In this document: in pieces, positions 8,011-17,586 of the stretch
Layout: the number at the start of each line of letters is the position of its first letter
How positions within the stretch are numbered: position 1 is the first letter of the stretch
IMG/VR virus record: IMGVR_UViG_3300009506_000018
Coordinates: 3,251-67,250 of that record
Length of the DNA stretch: 64,000 bases
Direction: 5' to 3' (one strand)
Origin: a virus
The notes under the pieces: generated by a model
What the model saw: only the letters and a program-made list of their open reading frames with translations
Database searches by the model: none
Told to the model about the DNA's origin: nothing
Position numbers and translations under genes: made by a program

Positions 8011-10589
8011 TGACAAAGAAGGTAATCATCGACCTGCCTGTCGCCCCGGGCATTTATACCGAGGAGACAGATCGCGGCGCAAAGGGCCGATGGAAAACTG
8101 GCGACAAGGTGCGCTTCCGCTACGGCTTGCCGGAAAAGATCGGCGGCTGGGAACAGGTGCAGCCGATGTTCCTCGGCGTTGCCCGGGATATCCATGACTG
8201 GGCCGCACTGGATGGCTCGCTCTGGACCGCCATAGGCACCGACTGGAAACTGTACCTGTGGCAGGACAGTACCCTGTATGACATCACGCCCATCAGGCGG
8301 ACCACCTCGCTGGTCGATCCGTTCGACACCACCAACGGCAGCAGCATTGTCACGGTCACGGATACCGGCCATGGATCCATTGCCAATGACTTCGTCACCT
8401 TCTCAGGGGCCACGGCTGTCGGCGGGCTGACGATCAACGGCGAGTACCAGATCCTGTCCACGACCTTCAGCACCTACATCATCGACGTCGGGTCAAACGC
8501 GACCAGTACCGCCACTGGCGGGGGTACGGTGGCAGCCGAGTACCAGATCAACACGGGGCTGCGTTCTGGATCTCTGGCGAACGGCTACGGCATCTACGGT
8601 TACGGTGCTGACGATACCTCACTGCCGCTGAGCGAGCAGGGCTATGACACGCCCCGGCCCTCCAGTCAGGTGACGATCGCGGCACGGACGTGGAGCCTCG
8701 ACAACTGGGGCGAAGATCTGATCGCCTGCCCGTTCGGAAAATCGATCTACTGGTGGGACAGGACCACGGGAGCGGCCTCCAGAGCCATTCTCCTGCCCGA
8801 TGCGCCCGTCAACTGCAATGTGGCTATCATTTCCCAGCGGGACCGCCATCTCTTCGCCATGGGCTCCACAGAGCGGTTCAGCGGCGTTTTCGACCCGCTC
8901 CTGATCCGCTGGTGCTCTCAGGAGGACTTCGGGGACTGGATACCCACGGATACCAACACATCAGGCGACCTGCGGCTTTACAGGGGCTCTGCGATCATCT
9001 CGGCGGTCAAGACCCGGGGCCAGATCCTCGTCTTCACCGATGAGTCGGTTCACTCCGTGGATTACCTCGGCGGCTTCGATGTCTACGGCGTCAACGTGGT
9101 GGGCGAGAACGTCTCGATCCTCGGGCCGAATGCGGTGGTCGCCACCGACTACCGGGTCTTTTTCATGGGCGAGGGCGACTTCTTCATGTACGACGGCGTG
9201 CTGCGGGTGCTGCCGTGCGACGTCAGGAATCAGGTTTACGACAACCTGAACACCGACCAGAAGGCCAAATCCTTCGGTGGGCTCAACCGAGAATTCAACG
9301 AAATCTGGTTCTTCTATCCCGGGCAGGTCGGGCAGCAGGACCAGACGCAGGACACGTCCCAGACCGGCACCAATCCTTTCTTCCTGTACGAGAACGAGGG
9401 CAGCAATGTCGAGCTGGTCGGCGGCGGCGAAGAAGCGACCGTGATCGGCACCGGGCTGACCCTGACCACCGCACAGGCGAAGTTCGGCGACTATTCGGTG
9501 CAGGGCGACGGGACCACCGATGACAACGCTCTGCAGTGGAGCGGCAGCCAGTACTCGCTGGGCACCGGCACATGGACGATAGGCGGCTGGTGTTACCTGC
9601 CGACTGGCTCGTATTCGACCGGCGCTAACCCGTATGGCATCTGCGGCAACGAGATGCCCAACACCGGCACGTCGTGGGGCGGCACCAACCTCAAGGGCTG
9701 GAACATCCATCTGGTGCCGAACGTCGCCGGGGATTTCCAGTGGGGATTCAGCTATACGTCCGCTTCCGGCAGCCAGAACCGGATCGGGCTTACCACCATG
9801 ACTACGGCGCAGTTCCCGCTCGACACGTGGAACTGGTGGGTCGCCCAGCGCAGCGCGGGCAACCGTATCGACGTGTGGATGAACGGCGCATGGCTGGCGA
9901 CCGGCACGATCGATGCCAGCTTCGACGATGACCTCGGGCTGTTCACCATTGGCATGGGCAACGTGAATGGCTGGGGCGCTCCCGCCATGCGTAACTGGCC
10001 GGGTTACATCGACAACATCGTCGCCACCCGTGACGTGCTGTACAACACCAGCGGTCTGGATATCACGGTGCCTACCGTAGCCCCGACAACCGGCTACCCG
10101 TCGCCGGAGATCAATCGCTATGTGATGTACAACTACGAGGAGAACACGTGGTCGATCGGTTCGCTGGTCAGGACGGCATGGGCCGATCGCAGCCCGGTGC
10201 TGGAAAAGCCCTACGCGGCTTCCACCGACGGCTACCTGTACCAGCACGAAACCGGCGTGGACGACAACGGAGCGGCCATGACTTCTTATCTGGAGTCATA
10301 CGACATGGCGCTGCCTGAATCCGGGGAGTATCTGGTACATGTCGATCAGCTGATTCCTGATTTCCTGAGGCTGACTGGGTCAGTCGATGTCAGCCTCAAC
10401 GGACTCAAATACCCACAGGACACCACGCTCATCAGCAAGGGCCCGTTCACGGTGGCCCCGGGCACGCGGAAAATCAGCCTGCGATTCCGTGGCAGGCAGG
10501 TATCCCTCGATGTGCGCTCCGATGCTGTCGGGGACAAGTGGCGCATGGGCCAGTGGCGAGCACGGGTTGGAGCGCATGGTAAGCGGTAA
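8010..10589 (+). CDS. Tail nozzle / tubular protein B (P22 gp10-like) with inserted LamG domain
   Basis: 859 aa; DKVRFRYGLPEKIGGW, WSLDNWGEDL, IRWCSQEDF motifs; LamG insert 9321-10100. Confidence 0.75.
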   Translation: MTKKVIIDLPVAPGIYTEETDRGAKGRWKTGDKVRFRYGLPEKIGGWEQVQPMFLGVARDIHDWAALDGSLWTAIGTDWKLYLWQDSTLYDITPIRRTTSLVDPFDTTNGSSIVTVTDTGHGSIANDFVTFSGATAVGGLTINGEYQILSTTFSTYIIDVGSNATSTATGGGTVAAEYQINTGLRSGSLANGYGIYGYGADDTSLPLSEQGYDTPRPSSQVTIAARTWSLDNWGEDLIACPFGKSIYWWDRTTGAASRAILLPDAPVNCNVAIISQRDRHLFAMGSTERFSGVFDPLLIRWCSQEDFGDWIPTDTNTSGDLRLYRGSAIISAVKTRGQILVFTDESVHSVDYLGGFDVYGVNVVGENVSILGPNAVVATDYRVFFMGEGDFFMYDGVLRVLPCDVRNQVYDNLNTDQKAKSFGGLNREFNEIWFFYPGQVGQQDQTQDTSQTGTNPFFLYENEGSNVELVGGGEEATVIGTGLTLTTAQAKFGDYSVQGDGTTDDNALQWSGSQYSLGTGTWTIGGWCYLPTGSYSTGANPYGICGNEMPNTGTSWGGTNLKGWNIHLVPNVAGDFQWGFSYTSASGSQNRIGLTTMTTAQFPLDTWNWWVAQRSAGNRIDVWMNGAWLATGTIDASFDDDLGLFTIGMGNVNGWGAPAMRNWPGYIDNIVATRDVLYNTSGLDITVPTVAPTTGYPSPEINRYVMYNYEENTWSIGSLVRTAWADRSPVLEKPYAASTDGYLYQHETGVDDNGAAMTSYLESYDMALPESGEYLVHVDQLIPDFLRLTGSVDVSLNGLKYPQDTTLISKGPFTVAPGTRKISLRFRGRQVSLDVRSDAVGDKWRMGQWRARVGAHGKR

Positions 10590-11956
10590 TGGCGGACACT
10601 CGCGAAAGGCTCCCAGATTTCCCCACCGAAACCTACGATGGGTTTCGGATGCGCTCGATGGTGGACATCATCGAGCGTCGCCTGAGGGCGATCAATACCG
10701 GCCTGCTGGACCTTGACCGCGAAGTATCCCTATTCACCAGTGGCGGTAACTTCGCGCCCCTGAACCATACCCACGTCAGCGCAGAGATCACCGATCTCGG
10801 CAGCTACCTGACGGACATTACCGGGGAATCCATCTTCGACCTGATGGATGTCACCGGGCCAGCCGTGGATGGTTACATCCTGAAATACGACAGCGGTCTG
10901 GCATCGTTCGTGATGGTGGCCGAGGCATCTGGCGGCGGATCCGGCGATCGCTACATCGGATTCAGGGATGGCTATGGCAACTCGACGTCACTGTCCGGTG
11001 ACGAGTACTTCCGCTTCATCTCCACCAACTCGCTGCTGGAAGCTGTCGTTACCAACAACGAGGTGACCTACGGGGATGTTCTGAACCTGACGGTGCGCAA
11101 TGACCTCATCGACCACAACGTCCTCACCAACTACGTCGCCGACCAGCACGTCGCTCACACCGGAGTATCTCTTACTGCTGGGGCTGGTCTTACTGGCGGG
11201 GGGGATATATCTGCTTCGAGAACTTTCGATGTTGGCGCAGGCGAAGGCATCGCTGTCAATGCAGACGATGTGGCGCTCAGCTTCAGCAGCCTTACGTCGA
11301 ACACGATCAGCGGCACAGACATCATTGCGTTCTGGAATGGCGCGAACCACCGACAGGATACGTGGACGAACATCCAGAGCGCGATCTCGATAACCGAGTC
11401 GCAGATATCGGACTTTGGCAGCTACGGGGATCTCACTCTGAACGAGGTGATCACCGGCAGCTGGAGATCTCAGGGCGAATTCCAGTTTGGGCAGAATACC
11501 GATGCCAGCACCAACGACACCCTGTGGGTCGGCTCACAGGGCAACTTCTCTCTGGCCGGGGATGCGCAAATCACCAGCATGGTACTGCGCTATGCCACCA
11601 CGGACGGAACGACACAGGCGCTCACCACCGATGCGTCCGCCCCGGGGGCCAGCAACCAGATCCTGCTGCCAAACAATTCCTCATATCACGTGCGGGTGGA
11701 AATCACCTGCAAGAACACCGGGGCTCAGGAGTCCGGCGCATGGACGCTGGAAGGTGGCGCTGACCGGGCTGCAACTGCCGCATCGACAGGCATCAACGGG
11801 TTCGCGAAAACGACCCACCACAGGGATGACGCAACGTGGGATGTGGCAGCTGTGGCTGACACGACGAACGGGGCCGTCAGGATCAACGTCACAGGATCGG
11901 CTGGCAAGACAGTGCGCTGGGTCGGTCGCGTCTACATCACGGAGACAAGACACTAA
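10589..11956 (+). CDS. Tail fibre protein A
   Basis: 455 aa; short helical N-terminal anchor (RLPDFPTETYD...IERRL) followed by fibre motifs; C-terminal domain paralogous to next gene. Confidence 0.7.
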   Translation: MADTRERLPDFPTETYDGFRMRSMVDIIERRLRAINTGLLDLDREVSLFTSGGNFAPLNHTHVSAEITDLGSYLTDITGESIFDLMDVTGPAVDGYILKYDSGLASFVMVAEASGGGSGDRYIGFRDGYGNSTSLSGDEYFRFISTNSLLEAVVTNNEVTYGDVLNLTVRNDLIDHNVLTNYVADQHVAHTGVSLTAGAGLTGGGDISASRTFDVGAGEGIAVNADDVALSFSSLTSNTISGTDIIAFWNGANHRQDTWTNIQSAISITESQISDFGSYGDLTLNEVITGSWRSQGEFQFGQNTDASTNDTLWVGSQGNFSLAGDAQITSMVLRYATTDGTTQALTTDASAPGASNQILLPNNSSYHVRVEITCKNTGAQESGAWTLEGGADRAATAASTGINGFAKTTHHRDDATWDVAAVADTTNGAVRINVTGSAGKTVRWVGRVYITETRH

Positions 11957-13611
11957 TGGCTATCAATTTCGACCACTCGCTCGCGGGTGACATTCAGGTC
12001 GATTCCAACGCCGCCGAGACGATGCGGATCGATACCTACACGGTGTTCCACACCAACAACTATCTGTCGCTGGCGACCTCGCTGCTGAGATCCGATGCGT
12101 CGGATTCGTTCACGGGCGCGAACACGTGGAACTTCGCCTCGACCACGACGCTGGATTTCGACAACGGAGCGGCGGTCAATTTCAACATGACCACCGGCAC
12201 GTCGCCGTTCACGGTGGACTCGACCACGGTGGTGGCGAACCTGAACGCAGACCTGCTGGACGGGGTTGAGGGAGCCAGCTACCTGAGGTCTGACGCCTCG
12301 GACAATTTCACCTCCGGCACCCTGACGTTCGACTCCGGCACCACGGTGACTTTCAACAACGTCACGGTCAGCTTCAACACGCTGCTGCCACAGTCATCGG
12401 TGGTGCCGACAGCTGGCAACGATCTGGTCAATAAGACCTACGTCGATAATCTCGCCGCCGGGCTGAGCTGGAAGGATTCGGTGGTTGCGGCGACCACGAC
12501 CAATATCACCCTGTCCGGCACGCAGACCATCGACGGTGTGTCGGTGCTGGCGACCGAGAGAGTGCTGGTCAAGAACCAGACCACGGTCGCGGACAACGGT
12601 ATCTACGTGTGCGCGGCAGGCGCATGGTCAAGGGCAGCAGATGCGGACACGTGGGACGAGCTGGTGTCTGGTGCGGTGTTCGTCGAAGAGGGAACGACCA
12701 ACGGCGATACCGGCTGGGTCTGCACGGTCGATACCGGCGGCACCCTCGGTTCCACCGATGTGACTTTCGCCCAGTTCGTTGGCGGTGGCACTACTTATAC
12801 CGCTGGCACGGGCCTGAGCGAATCCCCGGCGGGGCAGTTCAACGTCAATGCCGGGGCTGGCCTGATCATCAACGTGGACGACGTGGACGTGCAGGTCGGG
12901 GAAGGCATCGGCATCGCCACTGACACGGTGGTGCTCGACTTCCCGAGCCTGACCAACAACACCGACATCATCGATGCCGACAGCATCGCGATTTACGACA
13001 GCACCAACACCGAGCACCGCGAGGTTACGTGGGCTAACGTCAAGGCGGCGCTGAGCGCCGACACCCTGACGATCTCGGATGTCTGGACATTCTCGGCAGC
13101 GCCGATCATTACCGACTCCGGCACCCAGATCGGAGCCAACGGTGATTCGTCTCCGAATGGCGTGGAAGGCGTCCTGTCCATGTCGGCGGGACAGTTTGCT
13201 GCGGCGGGCGACGCACAGGCAGTGGTCTATGTGCTGAGACGCCAGACCACCACCGCGACCAACACGGTACTGACGACCAACGGATCCGCCGAGGGCGCAT
13301 CCAACACCATGGTCATGCCCAATGACACTACGTGGGGTTTCCGGGTCACTGTCTCTGCCCGGCGCACCGACGTGGACGGCGAGTCCGGCGTCTACGAGTT
13401 CAAGGGCGCGATCAAGCGCGATACAACCGCCGGGTCCACTGCCATCGTTGGCTCGGTCACGAAGAACATTTACGCGGAATCCACCACCGCATGGGACGTG
13501 AACGTGGACGCCGAAACCACCAACGGCTCGCTCAGGGTCACGGTTACCGGCGAGGCCGCTAAGACGATCCGCTGGGTTGCCTTCTGCGAGATCATTCAGG
13601 CCACAGGATAA
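11956..13611 (+). CDS. Tail fibre protein B
   Basis: 551 aa; VNKTYVD..GLSWKDSVVAATT..RVLVKNQT..NGIY tail-fibre domain; repeated LRSDASD motif. Confidence 0.8.
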   Translation: MAINFDHSLAGDIQVDSNAAETMRIDTYTVFHTNNYLSLATSLLRSDASDSFTGANTWNFASTTTLDFDNGAAVNFNMTTGTSPFTVDSTTVVANLNADLLDGVEGASYLRSDASDNFTSGTLTFDSGTTVTFNNVTVSFNTLLPQSSVVPTAGNDLVNKTYVDNLAAGLSWKDSVVAATTTNITLSGTQTIDGVSVLATERVLVKNQTTVADNGIYVCAAGAWSRAADADTWDELVSGAVFVEEGTTNGDTGWVCTVDTGGTLGSTDVTFAQFVGGGTTYTAGTGLSESPAGQFNVNAGAGLIINVDDVDVQVGEGIGIATDTVVLDFPSLTNNTDIIDADSIAIYDSTNTEHREVTWANVKAALSADTLTISDVWTFSAAPIITDSGTQIGANGDSSPNGVEGVLSMSAGQFAAAGDAQAVVYVLRRQTTTATNTVLTTNGSAEGASNTMVMPNDTTWGFRVTVSARRTDVDGESGVYEFKGAIKRDTTAGSTAIVGSVTKNIYAESTTAWDVNVDAETTNGSLRVTVTGEAAKTIRWVAFCEIIQATG

Positions 13612-13614
13612 GTC

Positions 13615-16422
13615 ATGGCTTTGAAGATGGATCACACGGGGGCGGGGGATATTACCCTCGACTCGACGCAAGCCGGAGAGCTGCGCGTCGATGGCACCCC
13701 TGTGTTCTTCGCCGACACCACCGGGGTATCAACTGGCGACATCCTTTACTACAACGGATCGAGCTGGGTAGACAGCAACGGCGACTTTTTCCTGCAGCCC
13801 GGGCTCGGCGGCACTCAGCTCAGCATTCTTCGGCATGACTTCTCGGACAGCAGTGGTGCGGGCTACTGGCAAATTCGCAAGAGCGATGCCCAGACGCTGA
13901 ACATGGAGTATCAGGACGATGTGGGCACCATCAAATGGACCCACAGGTTCGATGCGTCAGAGAACATGGTCTGGATCAGTCAGGCTGCTGGCAACGTCCT
14001 CACCCTTGCCCAGACCACGGGCTACGCGACATTCAGCGGCAAGCTGCTGACCTCGTCCAGCACCACATCCAGAGCCGGGTTCTACCTGCCATCCGGTACG
14101 CCGCCTACTGCTCCGGCAGACGGAGATATCTGGGCAACCGGCGGCGGCGCTCGCCAGTTGTATATGCGCATGGACGGGGTCACCTATTCGTTCGCTCGTC
14201 TGGAAGTCGCCAACACGTGGACTGGCAAACAGACTTTTCCGGCGACCACCACGGGCGCGGCCAGCGTCACCCTTCCCCATGGCACGGCTCCCACAACCCC
14301 GACCAACGGCGACCTGTGGACGACTACGGCTGGCCTGTATGCCCGCATCAACGGCTCCACCGTGGGTCCGTTCGGCACCAGCGCCGTCACCGCATTCAAT
14401 GATCTCTCCGATGTCGATCTCACTGGCGCTGCCAACAATGACCTGTTGTTCCGTTCCGGCGGCAACTGGATAGATAGTGGTGGGGCTCTTACGTGGAACA
14501 CCAGCATCTTTTCGGTGTCTGGCGAAATAGAGCTGATCAATACTGCGCCAGCCATCACCCACTACGCTGACGCAACAGCTGCTGCCCGGAGAATCTGGCA
14601 GACCGCGAACTGGGACGGTGTATCGGCTTACGACGACATCGCCCGGACGGTATTCAGCAACGCGACTGGCAGCGCCACAACGCAGCGCATGGAGGTCTAC
14701 ACCGGGTCAGTCTGGCAGGTGGTGCAGATTCTTGATCCCGATGGCGGGGCCGCGAACCGGCTGTCCTTCCCTGATGGTTTTCAGGCTGATGCCAGCGACT
14801 TCTCCGGCAACGTGTCTATCACCGGCATCCTAAATGTCTCCAATTACATCGGGGATACGACAGATACCGGCAACCTGTCATTGTTCGGCGGCACCGGCAC
14901 CGGGGCGAACATCGAGCTGTACGGCAGCACCCACGCTACGCTGGCTGACAACGCCTACTACGATGCGGCGCAACACCAATTCCGTGACGTGGATGCCAGC
15001 CCGACGATCCTGACGCTGGTGCCGAACATCGCCACGTTCGCCTGCGAGATCAGGCTGGATACTGCCAATGACCTGATCTATCTGAATTACGATTACGCCA
15101 CCGGGCTTTCGACCGCGCAGATACAGATGCGCGGCGACAACGTCACGCAAGGTGCCGGGACCAACCAGCGATTCAATCTCGGATTGGACTCCAGCGGCAA
15201 CGCGATCATCAACAACACGTTCTCCACTGGCGGTACGCACAACCTGACGTTCCAGACCGGCAGCTCGACACGCTTGCTGCTTGACAACACACAGGCAGAG
15301 TTCTCTGTGCCCATCGAGGCTCAGGGTGGCTCGGCGGCTGCGCCGGGGGTTGCATTTAGCGGTGATCCCACCACCGGATTGTATAGGTCTGCCGCAAACA
15401 ACATCGACATCACCGTCGGTGGCTCGCAGATGGTAAACATCAGCAACGGTACCAGCACCGGCCTGCTCACGTGGACCGGGTCTGTTCTTACCGTTGACAG
15501 GAACGCAAACGCCACAAGCGGCATACACATTGGTGAGACGGCCACGTTGCGCGGCAATTCTCAGCAAGCGTACCTGCGCCTGTATGGAGAGCAGACCAGC
15601 ACAATTACCTACGGCGGCTTCAACTACGACGGCACCAATTTGTCTGCTATCACGAGCGGGTCAGGAGAGTTTCGTGTAGATGGCTGGGATCTGCGGGTCA
15701 GGACTGGCGGGTTGTTCTACATCAACACTGACGATGATGCCGCCGCCGCGATAAAGATTGACCCTCCCAGTACTACCGCCGGGACCACAATCATCACCGC
15801 GACAGGTTCGTCGTACTGGGAAGGGACGATGTACTTCCGCACTGGCAGCGCGGTGAGGATGTACGACAGCGGCAATACCCAGTATGTCGGCATGGATCAC
15901 AATGGCACTAACGGATTGATCCGCTGCGTCGGCGGTGATCTGGATATTGGTGTCGGCGGAACCGCTGCTGTCACTTTCCGATACAACAATCAGGAGCAAG
16001 GCGGCACTCAGGATGAAAGTGCTAACGGGGTATCTTCTGGAATGCGGCTGCGCCACCGCACCGACACTTTCTACGACGTGGGGTTCAACGTCGCGCCGCA
16101 CATCACACAGGATGCCTCGTTCTCGGCAGCGGCAACGTGGGGCGATGCACAGGGGCTCACGATTCTGCACACCAGCGCCACGGCACACACTTACACGACC
16201 CCGGCCAACACTGATACCAGCCTCGCATCCGGGGCAATGTGGCAGATCGTCAACATCGGCACCGGCAACGTCACGATAGCGGCAGGCACCAGCGTTACCC
16301 TGACGTGGCAGGATGGCGCTGGCGGCACCACCGGCTCGCGGACGCTGGCACAGGGGGGCGTGGCTTCACTGTGGCGCAGAAGCGCAACCCTCTGGTACGT
16401 GTGGGGAACGGGGCTGACATGA
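13615..16422 (+). CDS. Tail fibre protein C
   Basis: 935 aa T/G/S-rich; internal repeats (PSGTPPTAPADGDIW / PHGTAPTTPTNGDLW); typical C-terminal fibre-tip module. Confidence 0.75.
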   Translation: MALKMDHTGAGDITLDSTQAGELRVDGTPVFFADTTGVSTGDILYYNGSSWVDSNGDFFLQPGLGGTQLSILRHDFSDSSGAGYWQIRKSDAQTLNMEYQDDVGTIKWTHRFDASENMVWISQAAGNVLTLAQTTGYATFSGKLLTSSSTTSRAGFYLPSGTPPTAPADGDIWATGGGARQLYMRMDGVTYSFARLEVANTWTGKQTFPATTTGAASVTLPHGTAPTTPTNGDLWTTTAGLYARINGSTVGPFGTSAVTAFNDLSDVDLTGAANNDLLFRSGGNWIDSGGALTWNTSIFSVSGEIELINTAPAITHYADATAAARRIWQTANWDGVSAYDDIARTVFSNATGSATTQRMEVYTGSVWQVVQILDPDGGAANRLSFPDGFQADASDFSGNVSITGILNVSNYIGDTTDTGNLSLFGGTGTGANIELYGSTHATLADNAYYDAAQHQFRDVDASPTILTLVPNIATFACEIRLDTANDLIYLNYDYATGLSTAQIQMRGDNVTQGAGTNQRFNLGLDSSGNAIINNTFSTGGTHNLTFQTGSSTRLLLDNTQAEFSVPIEAQGGSAAAPGVAFSGDPTTGLYRSAANNIDITVGGSQMVNISNGTSTGLLTWTGSVLTVDRNANATSGIHIGETATLRGNSQQAYLRLYGEQTSTITYGGFNYDGTNLSAITSGSGEFRVDGWDLRVRTGGLFYINTDDDAAAAIKIDPPSTTAGTTIITATGSSYWEGTMYFRTGSAVRMYDSGNTQYVGMDHNGTNGLIRCVGGDLDIGVGGTAAVTFRYNNQEQGGTQDESANGVSSGMRLRHRTDTFYDVGFNVAPHITQDASFSAAATWGDAQGLTILHTSATAHTYTTPANTDTSLASGAMWQIVNIGTGNVTIAAGTSVTLTWQDGAGGTTGSRTLAQGGVASLWRRSATLWYVWGTGLT

Positions 16423-16781
16423 CCATCATGACTTTCTGTGCCACGATTTGCGCAGCGCAGGATTACACCGCGCCGCTGGTGGTGAACGTCAGCCCTGCTT
16501 CGATCACTGAATCAAAAACTAATGCTTCGTCACCATGGACGAGCGGTTCTATTACCACGTCCGTGACCGGCGGCACACCATCGTACTCCTATGCGTGGAC
16601 ATGGCAGTCTGGTGGTGCTGGCATCACAATCAACAGCCCGTCTTCGTCCAGCACCACGATCACGGCAAGCGGCACCGATACAGAAAGGAGCGGGACGTTG
16701 CTATGCACGGTCACCGATCAGGACACCACTGAGGCGACAGACACCTGCATCATCAGTATCGTTTTTGGAACACCACCATAA
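16419..16781 (+). CDS. Small Ig/PKD-like tail-associated protein
   Basis: 120 aa from ATGA overlap; VTGGTPSYSYAWTW...ITINSPSSSST Ig-like pattern. Confidence 0.6.
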   Translation: MTIMTFCATICAAQDYTAPLVVNVSPASITESKTNASSPWTSGSITTSVTGGTPSYSYAWTWQSGGAGITINSPSSSSTTITASGTDTERSGTLLCTVTDQDTTEATDTCIISIVFGTPP

Positions 16782-16790
16782 GGGGAAATC

Positions 16791-17120
16791 ATGAGTCACA
16801 CGAGCGCGAAACGCTGGCCCTACATCGAGCAGAAAGTTGGCGACTTCTGCACGAACATGGTCGCCGTTCTCAACGAGAGCGAAGAAGCTTATCAGCAGTT
16901 TCAGGAGATCTACATCTATGCCGGTGGCACGGATCAGGGCATGGCGGATCTCCTGTTTCAGGACATCAATGGACTGGGCGTTTCTGCTACGGCGGAACAG
17001 CTGGCGATGGTCGCCGATACGAAAGCGGCAATGATCGCCCTGCACCAGCTTTGGCAGACGGCCAATAACACGGCGATGGACGCGCAGGACAGAATTACTG
17101 ACTTGCGCAGAATGATCTGA
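16791..17120 (+). CDS. Hypothetical protein
   Basis: 109 aa, GGGG SD, operon context. Confidence 0.6.
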   Translation: MSHTSAKRWPYIEQKVGDFCTNMVAVLNESEEAYQQFQEIYIYAGGTDQGMADLLFQDINGLGVSATAEQLAMVADTKAAMIALHQLWQTANNTAMDAQDRITDLRRMI

Positions 17121-17130
17121 AGGAGGCAAT

Positions 17131-17586
17131 GTGATCAAAATCAGGCAGGCTAAGCCCCTCGACGCCAGCAACATCCTGCGGCTGTTGCTCAAGTGTCATG
17201 AAGATGGAGGCGCTTACCCGGAGGCCGATGAGGCACGAGCAATCAACTGGATATCCCGTACCCTGTCAGAAGGCTACGTGATGTGCGTTGATCTATCTGG
17301 GCGCATCGTCGGCACCATGGCGCTGACGAGTTACCAGTTTCCGTGGAGTCCGAAATGGTTCCTGTACCTCGAATGGCTCTACGTGCAAAAGAAGTACCGG
17401 GAAATGGGAGCGTTCGATGCGTTGATGACGGCAGCTCATGCCTTCGCTGACGACAAGAATGCCCCTATACTGCTCGGCATAAATTCCGGGGGCGAGGCGA
17501 TAGAGATCAAAGACAGGCTGCTGAAGATGAAAGGTTACCAGTATCTGGGCGGCACATTCCTGAGGAGCGAGCATGGGCGGTTCTAG
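17131..17586 (+). CDS. GNAT-family acetyltransferase
   Basis: 151 aa; IRQAKPLDA, FLYLEWLYVQKKYREMG (acyl-CoA motif A), GYQYLG; position before ejection genes. Confidence 0.8.
   Translation: MIKIRQAKPLDASNILRLLLKCHEDGGAYPEADEARAINWISRTLSEGYVMCVDLSGRIVGTMALTSYQFPWSPKWFLYLEWLYVQKKYREMGAFDALMTAAHAFADDKNAPILLGINSGGEAIEIKDRLLKMKGYQYLGGTFLRSEHGRF

Noticed and set aside
9321-10100. Nozzle insertion as an intein
   Set aside because: Starts with Gly and ends Tyr-Pro; lacks C/S1 and terminal HN; has lectin motifs instead
6650-16781. Diversity-generating retroelement acting on the fibres
   Set aside because: No reverse transcriptase seen, and no near-identical TR/VR pair differing at adenines; fibre paralogy is at protein level only
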